The notes under the pieces are model-generated. The model did not search any database. It saw only the letters and a program-made list of their open reading frames with translations, and was not told where the DNA came from. Position numbers and translations under genes: made by a program. A stretch of DNA of 64,000 nucleotides from Harriotta raleighana. Taxonomy: Eukaryota. Within the stretch, counting starts at the first letter, position 1; each line of letters starts with the position of its first letter. The stretch covers positions 1,496,135 through 1,560,134 of the forward strand of contig JBNZDD010013665.1 of assembly GCA_050575255.1 (NCBI GenBank). Reading direction: 5' to 3'. Positions 11,401 to 23,400 of the stretch are shown in pieces.

Positions 11401-14400
11401 TTTGATTCAAGGAAGTCCAGTATCTCCTTGCAGTTGAAGTTGAAGGATAGGATGGGTAAGATGTGGGAGGAAACGGTTTGTGGTGGAGAAGAGGAGCCTG
11501 GGGTTATCCTTGGCCTCTAAGATTAATTTGGAGTAATAGGAGGACTTGATGGGGGCAAGGGCGGAGCAATAGGCTTTAGTGTGATCCAGCCAAATCTGCC
11601 GATGGACGATTAGTTTGGATTTGGTCCAGCTGCGTTCGGCAGCTCACAATTGTGCCTTGAAGGTTCAGAGTCATTTAGATGACTCAAGGGCAGCAAAGAG
11701 GGAGGGGGGAGAATTTTTTTCTGTGGGCAATAGGTGATGGTAGAGGATTGAGTAGTGGGAAAGGGGAATAGAGTCGTTGAGGGAGATGGTGATATCTTGT
11801 CGGTTATGGTGATTTCAAAGCAGTGAGGGCAAGTCAAGCGGGTGGCCATGGATGTGGGTGGTGGAGTGGATGTGGAGGAATAGATTAACGGACGTGAGGA
11901 GGGAGGAGAAGTCACTGGAGCTAGAGCAGGAAGAGGTGAAGTGGAGGTTTAAGATAAGCAGTCTTTCAGAGCAAAGGAGGGGAAAACAGGAGGGGGGGGA
12001 GATGTCCGAGAGGAAGGTGGAGGAGGGCTTGGGGGGGATGATAGACAAGGAGAATTTTGAGGGGGAGACTGGAGGGTTGGTAGAGAGTAAGGTTTTCAAA
12101 GAAAGGGGAGGTTCCAGAGGAGTAAGGGGAAAGGCCAAGGATTGGGAGATTGGGAGTCAAACCACCATCACGACAGAGGGTTGGGCCGTGGGTTTTGGTG
12201 AAAGCCGTTAAGTGTGACCTCGATCAGAGGGAAAGTGTCACCTGGGGTAACCCAGGTTTCTGTCAAGGTGAGGATGTCGATGTTTTCATGGATGATGAGG
12301 TTGTGGATGGTGAGTGTCTTGTGAGACAGGGAGCGGACATTTTGCAGACCGATGTGGAGGAGACCGTTGGTGGTGGAGAATTGTGCAAGATGAGGAGGAG
12401 GGTTGACAGTGAGGGTGGGGATATGGATGAGGAAGGAGAGGTTGGCCACCAGGGAAAGGGACCGATGGATCTTGTGGCGAGAGTGGGGGATATGGCAATC
12501 AGGGTGGGTGCTGTCAGGCAGCCGGTGGATCATCCAAACACATCAGAATAAGAATAATAAATAATAATATTTGTTTTTGATATAGCCCTTCATCATGCCA
12601 TTGAGTCATTTCAAAGCAATTTGCAGAATATATTGTAAAGTGGATTGATTGTATTTTGTGGGCACAAACAGTCATGGATTGATTGATCCAATTTTTTTGG
12701 AAGAGGGAATATTCCTGGAAAGTAATAATCCCACTGTCTTCAATTGAATGGAGATAAATTCACAACAAATCTGTAGAAACATTACTTCCAGGGAGCGAGT
12801 AGTAAACCTATGGAACAGGCTCCTTAAGGAGGTGGTGGAAGCAGAAAGTGTTGATGTTTTCAAGAACAAATTAGATAGTCTTCTGTTAGGAAATAATCTT
12901 GGAAGACAATATATAGTTTGGGACAAGACATATCAAGTGATTGCCGGGATGAAGGAAGGCAAAATAGAGTGGATGGATCTTTTGCCAAGAAAATTCTTAT
13001 TTTCTTTTGAAACGTTAAGGTTTTTTTGTGTTTTATGTCTTTGTGGAGGTGACATTGGGCCATTACTACAGCAGCTGAAGCCGGAGCTGAAGTTGGGAGC
13101 CTCTCTCTGCACCAGTTCCGGGTGTGTAACAAACAAAGAGTGGTTGCAGGAGTTGGAAGATCTATGTACGCTTGGAGGCAAGATCCACATGGAGGTTTCA
13201 AAAGCTCTGATGCGTGTGAGCAATGAATATTTATCCAGCATTAGCCTGGAAAGTTTCCAGAACATTTATTCGGATTTACTGCAACAAGATCAAAATATAG
13301 GTACAATATTATTTTCACATCCTTGTGTGTGTGGGGCGGGGGGGGGGNGGGAGCGGACATTTTGCAGACCGATGTGGAGGAGACCGTTGGTGGTGGAGAA
13401 TTGTGCAAGATGAGGAGGAGGGTTGACAGTGAGGGTGGGGATATGGATGAGGAAGGAGAGGTTGGCCACCAGGGAAAGGGACCGATGGATCTTGTGGCGA
13501 GAGTGGGGGATATGGCAATCAGGGTGGGTGCTGTCAGGCAGCCGGTGGATCATCCAAACACATCAGAATAAGAATAATAAATAATAATATTTGTTTTTGA
13601 TATAGCCCTTCATCATGCCATTGAGTCATTTCAAAGCAATTTGCAGAATATATTGTAAAGTGGATTGATTGTATTTTGTGGGCACAAACAGTCATGGATT
13701 GATTGATCCAATTTTTTTGGAAGAGGGAATATTCCTGGAAAGTAATAATCCCACTGTCTTCAATTGAATGGAGATAAATTCACAACAAATCTGTAGAAAC
13801 ATTACTTCCAGGGAGCGAGTAGTAAACCTATGGAACAGGCTCCTTAAGGAGGTGGTGGAAGCAGAAAGTGTTGATGTTTTCAAGAACAAATTAGATAGTC
13901 TTCTGTTAGGAAATAATCTTGGAAGACAATATATAGTTTGGGACAAGACATATCAAGTGATTGCCGGGATGAAGGAAGGCAAAATAGAGTGGATGGATCT
14001 TTTGCCAAGAAAATTCTTATTTTCTTTTGAAACGTTAAGGTTTTTTTGTGTTTTATGTCTTTGTGGAGGTGACATTGGGCCATTACTACAGCAGCTGAAG
14101 CCGGAGCTGAAGTTGGGAGCCTCTCTCTGCACCAGTTCCGGGTGTGTAACAAACAAAGAGTGGTTGCAGGAGTTGGAAGATCTATGTACGCTTGGAGGCA
14201 AGATCCACATGGAGGTTTCAAAAGCTCTGATGCGTGTGAGCAATGAATATTTATCCAGCATTAGCCTGGAAAGTTTCCAGAACATTTATTCGGATTTACT
14301 GCAACAAGATCAAAATATAGGTACAATATTATTTTCACATCCTTGTGTGTGTGGGGCGGGGGGGGGGTGAGAGTGAGGTGCGGGTGTCGTTGCAGGAGAG

Positions 14401-17400
14401 AGGCAGGCATGGACTCCATTTGGGATCTTAGATTAGGAATCGCCAATGCCAGCAAATCCCTAAGAGTATGATTGCACTAATGTTTCCTTTCCATCAGGTA
14501 AACTGTTACAGACATCTGTCGAAAGAGCTGGAAGTTTGGATGTCAATATGTTGGACCTGCATCTCTTTGCTTCCTTGATCGCTTGTTGCCCCAAATTCCC
14601 TGAAGGCATGAGGGATCTCGTGAAGCGCTGGATCACAGAGAAGAAAGGAGACTTTTACTGGGAGCTGTTTCAGATGCTACAGGAGGAATGGTTCTGCTCG
14701 ATTCCGGAGGACGAAGTGCAGTGGTGTAGACGGGAGCTGCTGCATGCACTCCTTGTGTCTCTGAAGCGACCTCACCAGAGATACCTAACCTTTCATCATC
14801 TCCATGGACATGAAATCTTCCTGCCCGTAACTCTGGGTAACTCCACGCTCGTCTTCTCAATGCGCTTCAAGCTTTTCGCTGGCCAGTGATTTAACTTGTT
14901 TCATTCTCTTTAGGCTTCAGATGGGCCAAGACGGTTAATAATGCTAACATGCTACTCCAAGAGCATGCCTTTATCACGGTGAGTTAACTTTCTCGCTCCA
15001 GGTGCTTCTGGAGGTGAATCCTTGTGTTTGATGTGGATTTGTTTTCTAACTATCTCCCGGTTTATCTGGAGAATTGTTGACCGTGAGGAATATGAGGAAC
15101 AGATTTCTTGGTTTGACATCTCGTCTGAAAGACAACACGTCTGACAATGCAGCATTCCCTTTTAATCCTTAAAGTGTCTGCTTGGACATGAGGTTAAGTC
15201 CTCAGACACCTTGAACCCACAACCTTCTTTGAAAGAACCATCCAACTCGTCCCACTCCCCAGTTCTTACCCCGTAGTCCTGCAAATGTTTTCTTATTAGG
15301 TCCCTATCCAATTCTCTTTGGAAACCTACAATCGAATCTGCTTCTACAACCCTTTGAAGGCAGTGCATTCCAGACCATAGAATCATTCAAGTGTGTCTTT
15401 CTGTGAAGAATGTGACAGGGAGGGGAGAGGTTTGAGATCCTAGCTCCTGCTCACTGCCAGACACCTAGAAACTCACAATATTTATTTATCTTTGCTTCTT
15501 CTGCAGGAGCGATACCATATGAAGTCATTTTCAAAGATGGCAGCTCAGAAGACAGACATGGTGATGTGGTATGGTCCTGTGGCAGCCAACGCCTTCCTCA
15601 CACTCTGCTCGGCCCGAGGCTTTCCACACATCAGCCGGCAGCTGAGGAGCAGCTATCCTGACACCATAGCTCTACACCAAACTGCGAGTGAGTGTGTGCA
15701 TTTTGCAAGTGTGTTCAACAGCAGCATTGATACAGCACCCATCACACCAGGAGAGTCCCATTGCGCTCAAGAATAACGGACTACAGAGCCGAGGGGCAGG
15801 GGAGAGGTGACCATCGTCACGGTCAAATAGCATAGTCTTCAGGCGCGATCTGAAGATAAGGAAGGAAGGGGCAAGGACAGAGGAAGAGTGTGCGAAAGTG
15901 CGACCACCGTGAGAGCAAGCGAGGATGAGAAAACGTGAGAAGTTGGTGTCAGAAAATGTGTAAGTGTGAGACAAGTGTAAGTGATTCACTGTAAACTATT
16001 TTTCACCTTTGTGTAGTGACTGTGCTGGATCCTGACTCAGACAACCTTCCCCACATCCCACGACACGCAAAGCACCCTCTGAAATCAATTCATCGGAATC
16101 ACGAAGGTTTCAAAACCTGTTCCCTCGCTGAGCCCTGGCTGTTCCGATTGTCAGGGGCTCTATCCAACGAGTGGACAACAGTGGCCAGAGACCTTGATTT
16201 CAGTGATCAAGACATTGAGGAGACAGCAAGGAATTCCTGGTACAACCATCAGCAACGAATGTTCCATCTTCTGAAGAGAATGATTGAGGTTCGCTGTGTG
16301 ACATTCACAGAGTTATGCCTCCTCCTGCTTTCCAAAGGCCAAGAATACAAGTGCTATCCACAGCTAAACCTGGTGGTGGGGGCAGCATTGGCTGTTGGTA
16401 TGTAATTCTATACATATATATATATATACAGTATTTTAATAATCATCCTTGCATTTGATATAGTGCCTCTGCACGTCTCCCAAGCCCTCAAAGGACTTCA
16501 CAGAATATACTGTAAATATACTGTACTGTACAGCAACCAGTTGCACACAGAGACATCCTATAAACAGTTGAGGATTGAGTGGCCACATTTTTCCAAGGGA
16601 TTATTACCCCCTGGAATAGCAATCCTCTAATAATACTTTTATTTGATTAAAACGTCTCTAACATTTAAATATGTCTGATAGTGCATGCCGTGTAATCGTT
16701 GTCAAGTATAGATACCGTGCATTTTGTAGACAAAAGTTGCAGTCAATTTGCACACAACCAACATCCCACAGATGATCAATCAATTTTTGGGGTGATTGTT
16801 GGTCAGGACACTCGCTAGTGTCTTCTTTCAGATGTGGTTTCAAACATGGGCATAATCCGAGTGATTGATGAGAAGCAAGGCTGTAAGCGGCAGCGTACGT
16901 CCAAGCAGCAAGACGGGTGAGTGATCTGGAGCTACCGGCTCAGTTACTGTTTATACAAACAGCGATTTGTAAATGTAGCAAAGCCTAGAATCAACTGAAA
17001 CTCTGTAGGATCCTGATCAGGATAAATGGACTGTACCATTTTACAAGAAACATTTTCACACAAACAGTAGTGGAAACCTAGGACTCCCTCCCTCCCCTAA
17101 ATAGCTGTGGATGCTGGAACTATTACAATTTTCAAGACTGGAAAATGTAGGTAATTGTGAGCAGGCGTGATCTAATAGAAAGACAAACCAGGCTTGAGGG
17201 GCTGAATTGCTATTTCTGTTCCCATGTTCCTAAACAGAAACAAGATGTCCAGTTGGAATAGGACAGCCAACTTGTCTTAACAACATTGGGAAAGTCTTTT
17301 ATAAAAAAGTATTCAGTATTTTTTAACAAAAAATAAAAGTATCTCCCTCCAATGTAGTTTGTGCTGGAGGACAGTTCCATGTGCATTAATCGTGTCAAAT

Positions 17401-20400
17401 GGGCAATGGCTTTGGTTCGTCGCTATGGTTGGGTAAGTGTGTGGCATTGTGTTTTTCAATGTGTTCCTGCTCTGATGATAGGCATCAACCAGTAGTCACA
17501 CTGGTCCATGGCAACCTTGGTCTCATTTGTGATTATTGTAACAAATCATTGAATGTTAGCGAGATAAAGGTGGAGGAGATGGATCATTTCTTGGGCCAGA
17601 TGTCACTGGCGGGACCAGCCTTTAGCCTAGAAACAGATGCTCCTGGGACATACATGCTGCTGTTTCTTCCCAAATACCCCTCATCTTCAGGTGAGCATCA
17701 CAGACACTGACCCTCAAGTTAAACCATTTAACGTAACATTTGTCTCCGTTTAATAAAAGTATCTGATAAAAGATGATGGAAGGAACTGGTTTGCTCTTAA
17801 TGCCAGCGTCTCATTTTGAAAGTGTGGTAGTAATTAAATGGTTTTATATATGTTTAACAAAGAGAATGTAATGTCAGATGTCACACTATTCCTCTGGTGG
17901 AGTCCTGTAGCTCAGTGGTTAGAGCACTCACCTGACAAGTGTGAGATCTGTGTTCTGAATCCAGGCAGGTCAAGGCGAAACATTGGGCAAGTTTCCTTAC
18001 TCCACACGCCTAATAATAATTACTCAAAAAAGCCACATTAATAAAATTGGTCATTTCAATCCACGACTGTATGTGGGACCCTGATGTGCCCAATCGGCTG
18101 CCGCATTTCGCTCACAATTATAGTCAATTCACTTTACAATATATTCTGTGAAGCGCTTTCAGACATTGATAAGATGTGAAAAAAGTGCCTAATCAAATTC
18201 AAGGATTATTATTATTATTGTGTATACTGCTAGAGTCTGCTACAGGGTGTCTGAGTGGCCAGAATGACTCCAATGTAGCGTTGGACATTCAGCCCCGATC
18301 CTGGGCTAACTTTGCTCCCGGATTTGTACATTTCTGAGTGTTCTCTCGTACATGTTGTAAACAAATGTTTCCAGCATCATACAAGGATGGATGAGTTTAT
18401 AAATCTCTCATCTATAATACTGATAATAATCCTTGTATTGTATTTGATATAGCTGCTTTATCAGGTGGTTGACTTGTCTCAAAGCACTTCATAATTCACT
18501 ATTGTATTTTGCGGGCGAAACGCAGCAGCCAGTTGCGCCCAGCAGTGTCCCACATACAGCCATGGATTGGGTGACCACATCTGTATTGCTCTGAAAGTTT
18601 ATTACCCTCAGAAAGCAGTAAACAGAGGTGCATGATGTACAAAAACTTAAAATTGAGTGTTTTCCCCACCAGGGAATTGAACCCTAATCTTCTCACTTGT
18701 GAGGGGATTTCACTGCATTAACATTAGGGGAAGGCACACTGTAAGTTGGTCTTTTGACAAAGAGTGGGAAGGAATAGCCCACTGCAGCTAGAGAGACTTT
18801 GATCCAGGACTCTTTCCGTTGGGTGTTAATTTAAGGGCTTTACTCTTACAGGAAGCTGCATCACCCCTTCTACCATCAAAGACAATCTGGAGCTTTTCTT
18901 CCGGGAGGAATATCTGAATCTAAAAAATTCTTTATTGGAGAAGCTGCAGAAAGTGTTCGATAATGAAGAGTGGGAGGTACGGATTTCATTTTGATTAGTG
19001 CCCCCGTTCCAGCACTTGGTGCAGCTAAAATCAGTTACTGGACATGCATACCACATCTATTTGTGTAGGCTGGGCAAGAGTTTGAGGGTAAAAACTACCA
19101 ATCCAGTGTCTCCTGTTTTGATTGTGAAATTGAAATCAAATGGATTAGGATCTTTGGGACAGGAGGAGGCTATTCAGGTAACCAAGCCTTATTGAATCAC
19201 GTCAGAACTTTCAATACTATTTCTTTGGCTTCATCACCACTCTCAATATTCACCTGGCAAAGGACAACTCACTCCTGATGAAACTTATTGAATCACGTCA
19301 GAACTTTCAATACTATTTCTTTGGCTTCATCACCACTCTCAATATTCACCTGGCAAAGGACAACTCACTCCTGATGAAAGCCTCGCTGGTGACTGAGGTC
19401 TGCTCTGTGCCAGACTTTTTTTCCCTAATACTTTCAATATCCCATCAATTGTTGGAAACGACGATGTGAATCCAGAGTGTTAATGTCGTCCACAGCGTGT
19501 GTGCAGTTGCCTGGAGCTGAATGATACTAGTGCTGTTGTTGACCTAACTCTGTCCAAAGGAGGGCAAGCGTTGGAGTTGTTGTGGGATTTTGTGAAGGAG
19601 ACTGGAGCCCTGATCAGGGACTGGCCTCAACTGCATTGCAATGGACTTCACAGCAGCACAGGTATTTCACTCTCAACCGTAACTCACCTGAGAATTCATT
19701 CACCTGATATTTTCCCCACTTTTTGACTTCTGATTGACCGAGATGTTATTCCTCCCTCCCCAGTTCAAATCGCACACACTGTAGATGGGAATGTCGAGTT
19801 GTTCCTGCCGTTCGCTGACACTAAGTCTCATGTCTGGGTTCTTCTGGACTCCTGTTCCTTGGTCATGTTGGTCAAGCGTTTGACCAATTGGAATATATGT
19901 GAGGCTTACTGTCTGCTCTACAAGCCCGTGGGCCGGGATTACATTCAAAACAAAATGGTTATGTTTTTTTATCTGATCCGAAAAAAAGATGGCGTGATTG
20001 AGGTACCTCTATTCATCTTCTGCTACCTTTAGACTAGATTCTGTGTATAAACTAAAACCCTGGTTAACTGGACTGATGAGGAGGGGATGGTGGGAGGAGA
20101 TCTGGCCCCACGAGTCAGAATTTCTGGTATCAGCAATGTAATTGTTTGAATCCTATGAGGAGATAGATAATAATAATCCTTGCATTTGATATAGTTTTAG
20201 CACCTTGTTGAGAACATCTTGAAGCACTTCACAGAATATATGGAGTTCTGTAGCTCAGTATTTAAAGCATTCACCTTACAAGCGAGAGACCTGGATTTAA
20301 TTCCTGGCATGGCAAAACCTTAGGCAAGTTTCCTTACTCCACACGCCTAATAATAATCCCTTTTTAAAAAGATTGATAATTTCAATCCACAACTGTTTGT

Positions 20401-23400
20401 GTTGACAACAAAAGTCAATTCACTTTCCAGTATATTCTCTGAAGTGCATTGAGATATCTGGAGGACCTGAAAAGCGCTATCGCAAATGCCAGGACTATTA
20501 TTATTAATATTATTATATTGTAAAGTGGATTGACTGTATTTCAAGGGAGAAATCTAGCAGGCAACAACAAAATTAAACTTGTATAAACCAATTGCACACA
20601 ATATTGTCCCACAAACATTCATGGATAGAGTGACCAAATTATTTTTGGTGGGAGCGGGATTATTTATTACCTCTAGAAAGCAATCTGCCAATCGACTAAC
20701 TGGGTTCCAATGTATTGCTAGGTAAACAAATGTGTGTGTAGTATGGAAACTTGCCAAAAGTTTTGCCCTACTTGGGAATCAAACCTGGGTTCTCCCACTT
20801 GTTTTTTTTAAAGCCCCACCATCTTCCCTCCATCCAAGAATAAGATCTCTTCTGCTTGTGGGATTCAAACTGAATTAAAGTTGATTTCCCTGGCCACTGA
20901 AGGCCAGCGAGGGTGTGTGTTAGGACAGTGAGCCAGTGGGAGACCAGACATGTGCCTGTGGATGGATGTTTCTGTTTCTGGCCAGTCCCCCTGGGCAAGT
21001 TTATTACTCAAATTTGATAATTACAGCAATTTATTACACATTGAAGCACTGTGTATTGTATTCTTTACGGCATGGATTACTTGGATTCTGTTCCATCCAT
21101 CCCCAGAAATTGAACAAACAGCACAAAGGTCATGAGCAAGTGTTCAAAGAAAATGTCTGTGTGGCCAGAAACATGTTCTACAAACTTTGTGTTGATTCTC
21201 AGATAAAAACGAACTTCATCTCTATTATACCACAGGTAAATTATTGATGTTATGTACTGAATGGATGACACTGAGTCTGTACATTGCTGTTACATATTGA
21301 ATTCTCTCGATCTTTACTCCCTCACTCCCTCACCCCCAACCCCGAAAAAGGACAAAGGCTTTCTCACAGTCCAGGGTTCTCAGTGAAGATTGCGGAGGAA
21401 TAAACCTATCAACAGCAAATTGGATAGCCCCAATGGAGTCCCTTCAGGCAGGGATTTGAGTGAGACAAACTCACCAAACCACTATTAAGCGCTCTGGAGA
21501 GACTCTATCCTCCTTGGAGGATACTATTTAAGTGCAAGTTGTTGTTGTTTAATAAATTCTGTTACTAGGAACTGAAGTTCAATACGGAGATGATGTTTAC
21601 ACTGTACCTGAAGCAGTCACAGTTCACTGCCTGGCCCATTCAGCTCCAACTGGTTCAAAACAATGATGGTCAGTCTGTGTTCAACAAGGTCCTCACTGAG
21701 ACGATGCTTCAGCATGAAAAGAAAGGTATTCCTGTCTATCATCCTCTATTCAGTGCTCCCAACAATCCCATCCCTACTTTAGAACTATATTTGTATCTAT
21801 TAGCTGTCACTTATGGTTGGATTTCATTACGGAGGGGAGAAATATAACAGGAGTAGGCCACTCAGCCCCTCAGGCCTGTTCCGCCATTATATATGACATC
21901 ATGGCTAATCTGTGCCTCAACTCCAAAATTGAGAAATGAACAGGTACCATTCCAGGCCAATTGGCAGCTGCACAGAAGGATTTCTTCAGGTCAGTGTCTT
22001 TCAGAGACTGATTCAAAAGAGCAACAGACTAATTTCCCAAGCCCTTTTTATTTCCTGTAGATTATATCTTGGTCGAAGTCCACGGGGAGCAGCACTGTGT
22101 CCTGACAATCCATCGTGAAATCACTTATGAGCAATTTCGCACTGGACTGGATTTGACATTCCCAGAGAAAAACCTTGCTGTGTATTATAAAGAAAAAGGT
22201 GATCTCAGAACCTCCCACCTCTCTCACCCCCCGATCTCAAAGCCTCCCACACCATCCACCCCCTGATCTTGCAGCATCCCACCTCTCGATCTTGCAGCCT
22301 CCCACCCCTACCACCCCCAATTGTTGAGTGGCTCTCAGTGTACCAGTCACTGCATTTTTTGACCTACATGTTTCGTGCTGCTCATTTACAAATAAACATT
22401 CGTCATATTTTGGCAGGTCCTCCTGTGTGTATCAACCAGCAAAACAGTATTGACTACATCCTCGGGGAGATACCTCAGGGTAATATTGTTCTCAAGGCTG
22501 AAGGTGATGTGATTTCAGTATTGATCAACTCTTTTCTGTATAATGCGTTGATTACAAAGTTCTGAGACTCTCTTGTTTGTGACAAGATAATTGGGGTCTC
22601 GTTGTAGGCAACAGAATGCGTAGTCCAGTTCCTGAGCCATATGGGTCCACATTATTCCCGGGCACTACTGATGACCACAGTCAGCTTGGCTCATTGGCAG
22701 GATCTCAAAGGGCAAACCAGTCACTGACGGCAGGTAATCACACCTCTCAGCTCCTTCAGCCACATTGCCCCCAACCTCTGGAACTCCATCCCGGAGTCCC
22801 TCCACCTTGCACACTCCCTGGCCTTCTTCAAGTCTCGCCTCAAGACTCTCCTCTTTGATGAACCCATCGGCAACTCCTTATTCCCCACCTTCCCTCCCCT
22901 GCCCTGTCCTCAGCTCGTGTCTGAAGCAGTACCGAACATGAAAGGCGCTATACAAGTGTAATTTTGTTGTTGGTGGTAGTTGTTAACCCTGAAAGCCAAA
23001 TCCCTAATGGGTTCAAAGATATGATAACGTACTATATCAAATGCAATGATTATTATATTCTCATTTACCTACGAATCAGTCATTATGCTTGGCAATACAT
23101 ACTGTGAAGCATTTTGAGATATTTTCACACAAGTGCTGTGAAAATTTGGAGTCTTGTAGCTCAGTGGTTAGAGCACTCGCCTTGCAAGTGAAAGACGGTT
23201 CGATTCCAGGCAGAGTGAATCCTTGGCAAATTTCCTTTCTCGACACGCCTGATAATAATCCCTCGATAAAACACGATAAATAGTGGGTTATTTCAATCCA
23301 CGACTGTTTTTGGGACACTGATGTGTGCAATTAGCTGCCGTGTTTCTCCCACAAATATAGTCAATTCACTTTACAGCATATTCTGTGAAGCATTTTTAGA

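Noticed and set aside
12748-13413. 221-aa and 200-aa ORFs (12748-13413, 13768-14370) as standalone genes
   Set aside because: Each is a chance fusion of a CR1 fragment, intron sequence and the 252-nt exon, repeated by the duplication.
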